Source: a virus (lineage: Duplodnaviria > Caudoviricetes). From it: a DNA stretch of 64,000 bases. The stretch is from positions 320,001 through 384,000 of IMG/VR virus record IMGVR_UViG_3300027740_000003; one strand, written 5' to 3'. The notes under the pieces are model-generated. The model saw only the letters and a list, made by a program, of their open reading frames with translations, was not told the DNA's origin and made no database searches. Each line of letters opens with the position of its first letter. The stretch's first letter is position 1. Positions 47,656-57,263 of this stretch are shown here, piece after piece. Both the position numbers and the translations under genes were made by a program.

Positions 47656-47878
47656 CTTGTTTTAATTCCACTTCACAATCAATATCAGTAAATCTTTTGG
47701 CCAACTCATCTGCTTCCGGTCTTGACAAATCAGATCCCACACAAATTGGCAATTTTGTCAACATACTAAATGCATCTGGCGTCTTCACTCCCAATACGTC
47801 CCTAAGAAGCTTCATTGTTTCAAATTTTTCATCAAATGACGTCAAATAACATTTGTAAGAACTTAGTTCATCAGTCAT
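47645..47878 (-). CDS. Ribosomal protein L7/L12 C-terminal-domain-like protein
   Basis: KFETMKLLRDVLGVKTPDAFSMLTKLP...LSRPEADELAKRFTDIDCEVELK parallels the bL12 CTD pattern. Confidence 0.55.
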   Translation of the reverse strand: MTDELSSYKCYLTSFDEKFETMKLLRDVLGVKTPDAFSMLTKLPICVGSDLSRPEADELAKRFTDIDCEVELKQDVV

Positions 47879-48360
47879 TTATTATCCTTTATGTTTTTTA
47901 TTAACCACACCATTGATGGAAGATTTTTTGATATTTCTTCGGAAATATCATCTCCTTTACTAACAAATTCTATAACAGAATGGAAAGATCCGTCTTTCAA
48001 CCTTTCCTCAAATAATCTAAATTCAACAGGCTCATAACTATTTGTTTTCAACCCTACATTTGTTTTATAAGTCAACGAAACATTAACTAACGGATTTTGT
48101 CTAAATGTTTTAGTGTTTAAACCAGACTTAATTAATTTTTCTTTCAAATTCTCTAAATGAGACTGGGTTTGTTTTAATTCTTCTTTCAAAGAATTTGATT
48201 TTTTTAAATAGCACTCATTACATAGCCACATTGTTCCCCAACCCAAACCACCACCAAGCAAAACTGGAAACGTTTGTTGTTGCTCATGTAGTGTTTTAGG
48301 ATCATCACAAAGCTCACATAAACCACAATTATCTTCTAATGAAGAAAACGCTTTCGTCAT
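47875..48360 (-). CDS. Zn-finger plus coiled-coil hypothetical protein
   Basis: CELC...CNEC; 161 aa. Confidence 0.5.
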   Translation of the reverse strand: MTKAFSSLEDNCGLCELCDDPKTLHEQQQTFPVLLGGGLGWGTMWLCNECYLKKSNSLKEELKQTQSHLENLKEKLIKSGLNTKTFRQNPLVNVSLTYKTNVGLKTNSYEPVEFRLFEERLKDGSFHSVIEFVSKGDDISEEISKNLPSMVWLIKNIKDNK

Positions 48361-48914
48361 GATGCCTTTGCTTCCTTTTTCTTACCAAGAGTTGCAGAAA
48401 GAACCTTTCCCTGCATTGAAGGCACATCTAGAAATTCAGCATTTGGAATCATTTCCAAAAACTTGTTCAAAGTCTGCATTCCAACTTCCCTGTGAGTAAT
48501 CTCCCTGCCTCTGAAAATAATGAATACCTTGACCTTGTCCCCATCGGCTAAAAACTCAGAAGCTTTATTTGCCTTGGTCCTAAGATCATTAATATCTGTT
48601 GTCGGTCGGAATTTAAGCTCTTTAATCTTTATAACAGCTTCCCTGTTCTTTTTTTCGGACTCTTTACGCTTTTTTGTCTGCTCATACTTGAATTTGCCAT
48701 AATCTAATATTTTACAAACCGGAATTCCTTGCTGACCATCAGCAATAAGAACAAGATCTAGTTCTTGCTCCTTTGCTTTATTTATAGCCTCTTCCTTGGT
48801 TAGTGTCCCAAGGTTATTACCATCCTTATCTATGCAAACAACTTGTGTTGCCCTAATTCGGTAATTAATCGGTTTGTCCTTATCTGTCCTATTAAAATTT
48901 TTGTTATATACCAT
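48357..48914 (-). CDS. infC: Translation initiation factor IF-3
   Basis: INYRIRA, LDLVLIA, PVCKILDYGKFKYE, KELKFRP, DKVKV.IIFRGRE. Confidence 0.95.
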   Translation of the reverse strand: MVYNKNFNRTDKDKPINYRIRATQVVCIDKDGNNLGTLTKEEAINKAKEQELDLVLIADGQQGIPVCKILDYGKFKYEQTKKRKESEKKNREAVIKIKELKFRPTTDINDLRTKANKASEFLADGDKVKVFIIFRGREITHREVGMQTLNKFLEMIPNAEFLDVPSMQGKVLSATLGKKKEAKAS

Positions 48915-48936
48915 ATACTTAACTTATTTCTCCTGT

Positions 48937-49089
48937 TTAAAACAGTTCAATTATTACAACTCCTCTTTCTGAGGGTTTTTCCTTTTTATCTTCTTTTTCT
49001 ATTGGTTCTAACGGATATTCCTCAATTTGAAGTTGTTCCTGAATGAAACTTTCTTTTTTCTTGCCCGGATTTGTTGGGAAAGGAAACAT
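48937..49089 (-). CDS. Small 50-aa protein, not in ORF track
   Basis: AGGAG SD; MFPFPTNPGKKKESFIQEQLQIEEYPLEPIEKEDKKEKPSERGVVIIELF. Confidence 0.65.
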   Translation of the reverse strand: MFPFPTNPGKKKESFIQEQLQIEEYPLEPIEKEDKKEKPSERGVVIIELF

Positions 49090-49137
49090 TTTAGCTCCTA
49101 TGTGAATGCCTCAATATAACCATTCCCGCCGGTTCTG

Positions 49138-50112
49138 TCAAAGCCCAAATCTCACCCCTAGCATTACAGCCACATCACCCTTTAGACTTGTTGAAACAGT
49201 CGGTCCCAAAAATACATTATTAACTAATGGCAACGGATGACCAATATTATAATTCACAGGACTAACCACAAATACAAATCTGTCCTGTACCGCTTCGTAG
49301 CCCCCACCAAGCCCTAGGAAGGTCCAATTAGGGTCAGGCCTAGTCCTGCCAAAAGAAAGCAAAGACAGCTCTAGGCTGGGAGTAAACGCCACCGAGGGTT
49401 CTGTAAAGTATGCCCCAACATCTGCTCCCGCATACAAACGAGGATCCCAACGAAACTTAGCTTTTGGATACTGCTCCACAAACTTTGCTTCATTCACCTT
49501 AAGATCATACTTCTTTCCATCTACTGTTATAGAAAACTTATTATATACATAATGTCTTCCTTCTTCGTCTTGGCCAAGAACATTTACTACACCATATTCT
49601 CTCTTGTCTATCTCAAGATCCCAAGGCTTATCCTTCCAAGCAGAGAAGCCTACAGAACCAAATGGAACAGCTTTGTCAGCAAAAGGTTCAGTTAAAGCTA
49701 ATTCTTGCCTTTTCGCATTATATTCAAATGGATCTGGATTAGTAGGATCGATAGGAGTTGGGTTGTCATTAGGAGTAGTTGTAGTAGAAGGAAGATTTGT
49801 TCCAGAATAACCGGAAGAAATAACCTGAACAGTTGATATCCCTTCTATCTTTGCCCCGAGTTTCTTTAAATCTTCCTGAATTGGTTTTAAATCAATATCC
49901 GACTTTTTTGCGAAAACTTCTAAATCTTTCTTCTGAATATAATAAGACTGAGCTCGAATGATATCATCTGACAATTGCTTCTGGGCAACAACAGACTTTT
50001 CTATTGTTTGAAGTTTATCCATCTGATCATTTTGACATTTAATAACACATAACAGGCTTGCTATAACGGCAGCAATTCCCGTTCCAACACCAACTTTTTC
50101 TTTCCAGTTCAT
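49138..50112 (-). CDS. Membrane-anchored protein with beta-strand-rich C-terminus
   Basis: N-terminal hydrophobic segment, coiled coil, alternating aromatic/hydrophobic strands ending MLGVRFGL. Confidence 0.5.
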   Translation of the reverse strand: MNWKEKVGVGTGIAAVIASLLCVIKCQNDQMDKLQTIEKSVVAQKQLSDDIIRAQSYYIQKKDLEVFAKKSDIDLKPIQEDLKKLGAKIEGISTVQVISSGYSGTNLPSTTTTPNDNPTPIDPTNPDPFEYNAKRQELALTEPFADKAVPFGSVGFSAWKDKPWDLEIDKREYGVVNVLGQDEEGRHYVYNKFSITVDGKKYDLKVNEAKFVEQYPKAKFRWDPRLYAGADVGAYFTEPSVAFTPSLELSLLSFGRTRPDPNWTFLGLGGGYEAVQDRFVFVVSPVNYNIGHPLPLVNNVFLGPTVSTSLKGDVAVMLGVRFGL

Positions 50113-50408
50113 AGTTCCATGTCCTTATCTATATCTCGTATAGCTTGTTCAACTTTTTCTATAATTTCTTTATGCTTTGCTTCAGGTTCTCTCGAAAAAA
50201 GAATTATCAATTGACCATATTCTTGTCCGACCGATTTGATTAAATCCGAACACCTAAATTTGCCAAGCATTTCGTCAATTAAAACAATCCAAGCAACCGG
50301 AATATTAGATATACAAACAGATGGATATCTTTCTCTTATGACATCCGTCTCGGATTCATTAAACTCATGACGGGAATCAAATATCTTTTTGTATTCAAAT
50401 AGAGTCAT
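50109..50408 (-). CDS. Hypothetical protein
   Basis: 99 aa, ATGA overlap. Confidence 0.5.
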   Translation of the reverse strand: MTLFEYKKIFDSRHEFNESETDVIRERYPSVCISNIPVAWIVLIDEMLGKFRCSDLIKSVGQEYGQLIILFSREPEAKHKEIIEKVEQAIRDIDKDMEL

Positions 50409-50991
50409 AGTATTTTATGAATGAAAGAACTGTTGCTAAATCTTTTGCTGCATCAACTTTTGCCGCTGGATTACGTAATAGGTATGATGGGTGATAGACG
50501 GGGAAAACAGAAACGTCCCAATCCTCAGACGCACCATTATCTATTTTTGTTGTAAATCTCTGACCGTGTCTTTTGGTTATACCTTCTCCGGGACCAATTA
50601 GAGCCTCCATAGCTGTTCCACCAAGAGCAACAATACATATTGGTTGGATTACCTGAAGCTGCATTTTTAAATAAGGCAAACATAATTCTATTTCATCTGG
50701 TTCCGGTTTTCTGTTGTCTGGAGGACGACAATGAACCGTATTGCTTATAAAAACATCTTCCCTTTTCAATCCCATGTTTGCAATCATCTTATCAAGTAAT
50801 TTGCCTGCTCGGCCTACAAAAGGCCGGCCAGAAATATTTTCATCGGCACCGGGCCCTTCGCCCACCATAGCAATCTTTGCATTAGGATTCCCCTCTCCAG
50901 GAACAGTTAAGGTTCTTCCTTCACATAATTTACACTTCTCACATTGAGAAATATCTATTGCTATTAAATCAAGAAGGTTTTGTTTTATCAT
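50395..50991 (-). CDS. Uracil-DNA glycosylase family 4
   Basis: CEKCKLC, VGEGPG..E, GRPFVGRAG, NTVHCRPP, YHPSYLLR. Confidence 0.93.
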   Translation of the reverse strand: MIKQNLLDLIAIDISQCEKCKLCEGRTLTVPGEGNPNAKIAMVGEGPGADENISGRPFVGRAGKLLDKMIANMGLKREDVFISNTVHCRPPDNRKPEPDEIELCLPYLKMQLQVIQPICIVALGGTAMEALIGPGEGITKRHGQRFTTKIDNGASEDWDVSVFPVYHPSYLLRNPAAKVDAAKDLATVLSFIKYYDSI

Positions 50992-51512
50992 TGGTCCTCT
51001 TTGTTATATTCGGGGACATATACGAATCTACTAATTTTTCCTTTAAAATTCATTTCAACACCAATTCTTCCCCAGTCGTCTTCGCACCCAACCAATCCAT
51101 TTAAAACACCCAAGAAACCAATTCGTGGGTTTATATTATTTCCATCACAATCTTTATCAACTATAACAGTTAAATCTTCATTATTTGCCAAATCCCAATT
51201 AATTGAAACTCTTTCATTAACTAAACCTTTTATTGCCTCGGGATCTTTTTCAAGAAGATCATTGAAAAAATCTATTATTGGTTGAGGATCTGCTTTGTTG
51301 TTATCATATGGAGCTTCTGTTGAGGTCATTCCAGCCAAGGCCCCGAATATTGTTAATTTATCGTCATAAAAATGAATTGTAGGATGTTGACGCAGATCAT
51401 TATTAACTGGTACTTTAATTAATAAAATCTTCTCTGTTGCTTCTGGATCTAACCTTCGCATTGTATCCAAAAGATCTGCTACATATTGAGGATGAATTAC
51501 CGGATTATCCAT
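50988..51512 (-). CDS. Hypothetical protein
   Basis: Likely start MDNPVIHPQ at 51512 behind GGAG SD. Confidence 0.5.
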   Translation of the reverse strand: MDNPVIHPQYVADLLDTMRRLDPEATEKILLIKVPVNNDLRQHPTIHFYDDKLTIFGALAGMTSTEAPYDNNKADPQPIIDFFNDLLEKDPEAIKGLVNERVSINWDLANNEDLTVIVDKDCDGNNINPRIGFLGVLNGLVGCEDDWGRIGVEMNFKGKISRFVYVPEYNKEDQ

Positions 51513-51513
51513 A

Positions 51514-52038
51514 TTACTTATCTCCACTTGACCCAAAACCGGCCCTATTGCCAGTTCTTTCAGAACAAAGTTTTTCAAACTCTTCAGTTGATATTATCAA
51601 TATATGCATCTCTTGCCGTTTTACTGGAATTATTTGTCCAATACGTTCTCCAAAATCTATCTTTAACTCATTATCATTAAAATATTCTTCTAAATCAGAA
51701 GAAACAATATCATTTGGCCCACCAAAATGGAATATTGGCGGGATCCATTGAACGGCAAGTTTCCAATTGTAAGAAAACGTTTCATCAATTGTACCATAAA
51801 GACAATGCAATGATTTCTTTGCAAATGTAGAAGATCTCGGTTTTAATTCCGCCCACCATTCATTTGGCGCAAAAGCTCTAAACCCAAGATTTATTAATGC
51901 TTTATCAAATGGTCGAAGAACAACACCATTCTTTTCTGCACATCTTACATCCCAACCAGTAGCATTAGGTTCACTTCTAGTAGGAAGAAAACTATTATCT
52001 AATCCTTCGTCAAGAACAAATTTAAAGTATGGAATCAT
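51514..52038 (-). CDS. dut: Trimeric dUTPase
   Basis: ATGWDV, PRSS, GTID, ERIGQII, RAGFGSSG. Confidence 0.88.
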   Translation of the reverse strand: MIPYFKFVLDEGLDNSFLPTRSEPNATGWDVRCAEKNGVVLRPFDKALINLGFRAFAPNEWWAELKPRSSTFAKKSLHCLYGTIDETFSYNWKLAVQWIPPIFHFGGPNDIVSSDLEEYFNDNELKIDFGERIGQIIPVKRQEMHILIISTEEFEKLCSERTGNRAGFGSSGDK

Positions 52039-52439
52039 AGTTTTGTCTCACAGCTGGCTATGATAGCATCTGTATAGTTGTGAATGTTTATTTGGAATTC
52101 ATTATAATCTGGAGCTTCATATTTACATGTTAAAGAATAGTTTACTACAGTTCCTGGCTTAACACAAGTAATCCACCTAAGCACATGGGCGGTAGTTGTA
52201 GTCTTTGTTCCAGAATATTCACAAAACCATCCAAAAGGAGGATTATACACTATACCAGGAGGATCATTATATCCAATTATTTGGTCATTAATTATCCAAG
52301 TAGTATCATAATAATTCCATGCCGAAGTTGCTGGGATTGGAGCCCCTTGTTGATAATAGGTATATTCATGACAACTTGTTAATGCTAGAGACGCTATTAT
52401 TGCCGCTAATATCTTTTTCATTTCTTTCCTCTTTTTCAA
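52035..52439 (-). CDS. Putative lipoprotein
   Basis: MKKILAAIIASLALTSC lipobox. Confidence 0.6.
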   Translation of the reverse strand: MKKRKEMKKILAAIIASLALTSCHEYTYYQQGAPIPATSAWNYYDTTWIINDQIIGYNDPPGIVYNPPFGWFCEYSGTKTTTTAHVLRWITCVKPGTVVNYSLTCKYEAPDYNEFQINIHNYTDAIIASCETKL

Positions 52440-52966
52440 ATCTGAAAATCAAGTATATTTTCTTCCAAATCATTTAACCTAATACTCACAACAGACCCTG
52501 GAACCATAAACTTGTGGCTTAAAGTACAAATGTTTTTATTACAAGCATAAGCTTCTTTTAAGAAAACTGTTTTTGGCATTAAAAATGCCCAAGCCCACCA
52601 ATTTGCTTCCCATTCAACTCTATTATTCCCACCATATCTATCGGCTTCTACTTCTAGTTTTCCACGCTTACTATGGAGTACATAATGAGCAAGATCATGA
52701 GTTAAACTAGTATTGTCTCTAGACAAAGAGAAACAATCCAAAATATTAATAACAAACTCCGTTTTTGAAAATACCCTTAATGATGGTGTATTTTCATATT
52801 CTTCTTTATTTGTGCATCTGGGATTAAAATATTCAACTTTCCCACCTAATCTAGAAATAACCAAATTAACATTGACAGGAATATAACATTCCATTTCCTT
52901 GTGGAAATCTTCAGCTAATTCCTGAATTTCAGCTTTAGATAGGTTAGTTGGTTTAACTTTTTCCAT
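52436..52966 (-). CDS. ImmA/IrrE-family metallopeptidase-like protein
   Basis: LTHDLAHYVLH, EWEANWWAWAFLMP, FMVP..VV.IRL. Confidence 0.75.
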   Translation of the reverse strand: MEKVKPTNLSKAEIQELAEDFHKEMECYIPVNVNLVISRLGGKVEYFNPRCTNKEEYENTPSLRVFSKTEFVINILDCFSLSRDNTSLTHDLAHYVLHSKRGKLEVEADRYGGNNRVEWEANWWAWAFLMPKTVFLKEAYACNKNICTLSHKFMVPGSVVSIRLNDLEENILDFQI

Positions 52967-52975
52967 CTTTTATTT

Positions 52976-53278
52976 TCAACCATGTATTATTTCTAATTTC
53001 TCACAAGGAACCAGTGCTTGTGGTCCATGTCCCCGATGGTGGCATTCCGTCCAAACAAAACACAAATTTTTATTAATATCTTTTACATAAAAAGTACAAG
53101 AATCAATTCTTTCCACCACTTCCCATCCTTGAGGAAGATTTAACCTTCCAAAAGGCACACAATAGTTAGGCAAAATATTTGGATTATCAGGCTTTGGTTC
53201 TTGCTCAACTAGAGAAGTAGGATCTGGTTCGCACCCAACTAGACAGATCAATAAACAAAATAGTTTTATGAAATTCAT
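52976..53278 (-). CDS. Putative lipoprotein
   Basis: MNFIKLFCLLICLVGC lipobox. Confidence 0.55.
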   Translation of the reverse strand: MNFIKLFCLLICLVGCEPDPTSLVEQEPKPDNPNILPNYCVPFGRLNLPQGWEVVERIDSCTFYVKDINKNLCFVWTECHHRGHGPQALVPCEKLEIIHG

Positions 53279-53281
53279 ATT

Positions 53282-53656
53282 TCAATCCCACCAAAATCTA
53301 AATTCGCCCGTTTTTGCATTAAATTTAAGTTCATCCGCCCCAAGACCAAGTAATTTTATAGTATATGAAAACCATTCTCTTAATTGCTTTTTGGAATAAT
53401 TAGAAGGTAATATTCCATATACAGTATCTATCGAGTCTCCTTCATTCAACCCAACATAAACAAATGGAAATTTCTTCATATATAAAAGTAAATCTTCGCC
53501 AGGCCTATTATTCGTCTCCCACTCTAATTTCAAGCCTTTTTTAATATATTTGTTAAGTAATTTATAGTCTATATCAATTTCTTTTTCAGAAATTTCATCA
53601 TACAACATATCAGAAAGCTTTTTTGAGAAAAGCTCTTTTTCTTTTCTATTTCTCAT
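53282..53656 (-). CDS. Hypothetical protein
   Basis: 124 aa co-oriented. Confidence 0.5.
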   Translation of the reverse strand: MRNRKEKELFSKKLSDMLYDEISEKEIDIDYKLLNKYIKKGLKLEWETNNRPGEDLLLYMKKFPFVYVGLNEGDSIDTVYGILPSNYSKKQLREWFSYTIKLLGLGADELKFNAKTGEFRFWWD

Positions 53657-54475
53657 TTATCCCTCGTCAATCAAAAGTTCTCTCTGCAAATTGCTATACA
53701 ACACATCGGGGTCATTTTCTGAAATTCCTGACATCGTTCCGTCATTCAACTCGATAACAATCCAATCACCTTTAACCGGCTTCGCCACATCAATTACATA
53801 ATACACAGGAGGCTCCGACAATTCTGTATTTTGAATTGTATCAATTACTGTTTCTAAAAACTCAATCGGCACCTCTTCTACATTAATCTGACCAGCAAGT
53901 TCCTCGACATGTGAGGACCAATAAAAGCCTCCAGACAGTATCTTCCGTTTATAAACAAAAAACCGATACTCGCGGCTTATTGGCAATCCTTGCAGCCCAT
54001 CTGCCAATTTCTCCAATGGCACATACTCTCTTACATAGATTTTTTGATACTGTAGCAAACTGTCTTGCAACAATCTACTCTCTACAGCAATGGCTTCTTT
54101 TTTATCCCTGGCAAAGAAATGGCTGTTCCATAAAAACTTCTTTGAATTAGTTTCTCCCTTTAGTATAAATTGTTTTCCTTCTGGCAAATAAACTGTGCTG
54201 TCCCAAGTCTTCGGAGTAAATTTCTCTAAATCCTGATACCAGTTGCCTAAATCAGCAATATACCTGTGTTGTTCATAACTATTTATTAGTTTTGCGCCAA
54301 TATATTTAACATCATCCTCTAATTCTTTAAAGAATGGCAACGCGGAAAATCTTGGGATAACTAAATCATTGGATTTAATTTCCATTCGTGAAGAGATACA
54401 TGGAAAATATTTCCTAACTATATTGGATTCTTGTCGCCAATCGACATCATCTCTAAATAGAATTACCGGTCTCAT
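53657..54475 (-). CDS. ATP-grasp domain protein
   Basis: FILKG, IYVREYV, EYRFFV, YVIDVA, WIVIELNDG..SG. Confidence 0.75.
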   Translation of the reverse strand: MRPVILFRDDVDWRQESNIVRKYFPCISSRMEIKSNDLVIPRFSALPFFKELEDDVKYIGAKLINSYEQHRYIADLGNWYQDLEKFTPKTWDSTVYLPEGKQFILKGETNSKKFLWNSHFFARDKKEAIAVESRLLQDSLLQYQKIYVREYVPLEKLADGLQGLPISREYRFFVYKRKILSGGFYWSSHVEELAGQINVEEVPIEFLETVIDTIQNTELSEPPVYYVIDVAKPVKGDWIVIELNDGTMSGISENDPDVLYSNLQRELLIDEG

Positions 54476-55215
54476 ATATTGATCTTGTCAAAAGTTGGTT
54501 TGTGTCCTTCTACAAAAACAAATTTTCTGCCCAATTTATCAGCAACTTTACTGACATTTGCTGTTCCAGCAAACAAATCAAGCACTGTATCTCCTAGATT
54601 AGTATGTGTTTCAACCATAATTTCGCTTAATCTTTTTGGTTTTTCACATTTATGTGTTTTTCCTCGTAGAATTTCCGTAATATCCGTCCAAACGTTAGTT
54701 CTTCTTTTGTATTCGCTTTTAGCGGGATGTTTCTTATCATATCCATCATAACCACGTTTTTCATTCAACAAAGGAATGTTAAACACTAATGGTTTATCTC
54801 CTTTTACTAGCCAGGCTATTTCTTCTCTGGTAAAGAGATAATCGTCTTTCTTACCATAAGCTCTCTTTTTATTCCATGTAATGACATTTTTTAATGTCAA
54901 AGACGTTTGTTCTTCTACTTCAGAAAGGAATTTAAAAAATTGTCTATTATGTTTTGTTCCAATTCCTCCCCAAATATAGGCACTTCCACCATTGCACAGG
55001 AGATCTTCACATAATTCTGCTAGTTTTATATAGTTTTCCCATGTCCATGACCTGTCCCAATTATCAGAGACAATGCCACCATAAGGAGGATCTGCAATAA
55101 GTAGTTTATATTCTTCTAATTCTTTAAAAAGATCTTCATCAAATACATCACAGCAGTATCCTGTGCCATTTGCAAATTGTTTCTTTTCTAACATGTCCTC
55201 TTCTTTCTGTGGCAA
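54472..55215 (-). CDS. DNA N6-adenine/N4-cytosine methyltransferase (beta class)
   Basis: IADPPY precedes VLDLFAGTA; HKCEKP. Confidence 0.88.
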   Translation of the reverse strand: MPQKEEDMLEKKQFANGTGYCCDVFDEDLFKELEEYKLLIADPPYGGIVSDNWDRSWTWENYIKLAELCEDLLCNGGSAYIWGGIGTKHNRQFFKFLSEVEEQTSLTLKNVITWNKKRAYGKKDDYLFTREEIAWLVKGDKPLVFNIPLLNEKRGYDGYDKKHPAKSEYKRRTNVWTDITEILRGKTHKCEKPKRLSEIMVETHTNLGDTVLDLFAGTANVSKVADKLGRKFVFVEGHKPTFDKINI

Positions 55216-55514
55216 TCAAAGAAGTCTTTTGCAAAATGCCATTTGTCATCGAGTCTTTCTTTTTTAGTAATTCGTAAATCTCTTGCCATATTCTTCAATC
55301 TAACCTCTGTTAGAAAATCAGAATTTGTAGAAAAATTCATCCTGTCCAAAAAACCATCCGAAAATAAAGACATGAAAAATGGAAGATTTATAATGTCTTT
55401 ATTCTTCCAACCACATTCTTTTGCAGCAATCATTATATGAATTGCTTTTAACGCGGCCAATTCAGATTTGAAATCTTTTACAAATGGAGGATTGCCTTTC
55501 ATTTTATTACCCAT
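55188..55514 (-). CDS. Hypothetical protein
   Basis: 108 aa co-oriented. Confidence 0.45.
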   Translation of the reverse strand: MGNKMKGNPPFVKDFKSELAALKAIHIMIAAKECGWKNKDIINLPFFMSLFSDGFLDRMNFSTNSDFLTEVRLKNMARDLRITKKERLDDKWHFAKDFFDCHRKKRTC

Positions 55515-55600
55515 CTTTTTTTATGCACACACCAAAAAAAACAACTGTCTGTGAAGTTCTATAGAGACTTCAACAAATTCGTAATCAGAGCCGTACACAA

Positions 55601-56785
55601 TTATGCCTCTTCTTTTTGAATTACTTCCATCAAAACATCCATAATAAAATCTCTTAAAGATGAAAGCTGATGAATTCCAACTTCATATTTAAATGCCTTA
55701 TTGATCATTTGTGCTGGTTTTGCTATTACAACCTCTTTAGAAGCTACACCAACAAAGTTCAATCTTCGCTGGCCTCCCAAGCAATCTGCATCACCTTCAC
55801 GCAAAACCAGACCGTACATATTAAAATCTTCATGGCCTTTATTAACTAATAGATTACAAAGCCTACCAGATTCTTTTCTTCGAGTCTTCATATCAAGACG
55901 AGTAGTTCCGTATTTAAAATCTCCAGAATCTCCCATGCCCGTATAATGTTTTCTATCTGGATCTTCTCTCCTATCAAACCCCAGATGATCATATATCGGA
56001 TTCATAAGATAAGCAAACATAGCTTCTCCATCTATTGTATCCAACCTAGACCCCCTATGATTTCTCTCCATAACAATTTGATTATGATCTTTGTTTTCTT
56101 TAGAATCAGGTTCAATTAACATAGAGAAAGTAATAAACCCATCATTTGCTATATTAATTTCTTTATTTTGAAGATCTTTAAAGATTCTGTGAAGCTGATT
56201 GTCAAAATCTAAAATGAAATTCTTTAGATTTTCTTTCCTTTGCTCTAAAGGAATAGATGGTTTTTTTGGAGCAGCAGGAATCTCTGGGGCCAGCTTTGCT
56301 ACAAATTTTTGTTTTTCCGCAGCAACGAGAGCTTTTAAATCATCAAATTCACTTGGTTTTGAAGGTATAGGAAGTGGAACGGGGGACCAGGTTGCTTTGT
56401 TATTGTTTTCGCAAGGAAGAAAAGTAAACCCAAGCATTCCATGTGCTTGTCTGCTTTCTTTGCCAGACTTGTATTGTATAAGATCTTCATCAATTGGAAT
56501 AAACTCATCTGAATCTTTTAACCACAACTCTGTTATGTTATTTTCATCAAGTGTAAACTTTGCTTCAGTATTAGCGTGGGTTTTTAAAAATTCTATTTGT
56601 TCCTCGGTAAGTTTGTCTAAAGAATAAGACGACACAGAAAATTTCTTTCCAAGCATCTTAATAGACCAATGATATCCAAATTGGTTTTTAGAAACAGTTA
56701 ATTTATCAGTAATATAATTTTCCGTTTTATAATAAATATTATCAGCGACTAGATCTAGTTCAGAAAGAAGATTAGTTTGATTCAT
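55601..56785 (-). CDS. Hypothetical protein
   Basis: 394 aa, GGAG SD; no recognised motif. Confidence 0.6.
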   Translation of the reverse strand: MNQTNLLSELDLVADNIYYKTENYITDKLTVSKNQFGYHWSIKMLGKKFSVSSYSLDKLTEEQIEFLKTHANTEAKFTLDENNITELWLKDSDEFIPIDEDLIQYKSGKESRQAHGMLGFTFLPCENNNKATWSPVPLPIPSKPSEFDDLKALVAAEKQKFVAKLAPEIPAAPKKPSIPLEQRKENLKNFILDFDNQLHRIFKDLQNKEINIANDGFITFSMLIEPDSKENKDHNQIVMERNHRGSRLDTIDGEAMFAYLMNPIYDHLGFDRREDPDRKHYTGMGDSGDFKYGTTRLDMKTRRKESGRLCNLLVNKGHEDFNMYGLVLREGDADCLGGQRRLNFVGVASKEVVIAKPAQMINKAFKYEVGIHQLSSLRDFIMDVLMEVIQKEEA

Positions 56786-56885
56786 CCAATATCTCCAACG
56801 TCATGAAACAGTTTTGTACCTGTCCTTTTGATATTGAAGATACACATCTAAGGTCTCTCGATTATTGAGATTCCTTTCTTGATAT

Positions 56886-57263
56886 TCAAAACCACATCCG
56901 GTGAAGGTTTTTAGCAAGCAACAGTGTGGCTTTTTCAAACCTAATTCGATCACAATCTTCTACCAGAGCATCACACTCGATTGTCTTTTCTAGCATCCAC
57001 ACTATTTCTTTAAATGCCTCTATGGCTTCCGGCCGACTAAACGGATCTATTTTGATAAGCCTTTTTAACCTTGGCAACATAAATTTAGCAACAGTAATGT
57101 CTAAACTCCACAGCTCATCATCTGAGAATCCTCGAGTCAATTTTTGTTTCCATAATTGTAAACGACGTTTCAAAAGTCCAATGTCCAAACAGGGCCATCT
57201 TATTGATAAATTAAATCCTTTTATAAAATCAAACTCTCCTATCAAACCATATGGAAAAATCAT
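56886..57263 (-). CDS. Hypothetical phage protein
   Basis: 125 aa, RGFSDDELWSLD. Confidence 0.55.
   Translation of the reverse strand: MIFPYGLIGEFDFIKGFNLSIRWPCLDIGLLKRRLQLWKQKLTRGFSDDELWSLDITVAKFMLPRLKRLIKIDPFSRPEAIEAFKEIVWMLEKTIECDALVEDCDRIRFEKATLLLAKNLHRMWF

Noticed and set aside
48914-48936. Non-AUG (ATT) autoregulatory start for infC
   Set aside because: An in-frame ATG is present and an in-frame TAA lies 12 nt upstream; no SD-positioned ATT was found
55515-55600. Hairpin GAAGTCTCTATAGAACTTC as terminator or ncRNA
   Set aside because: Short, bulged AT-rich stem not directly followed by a U tract
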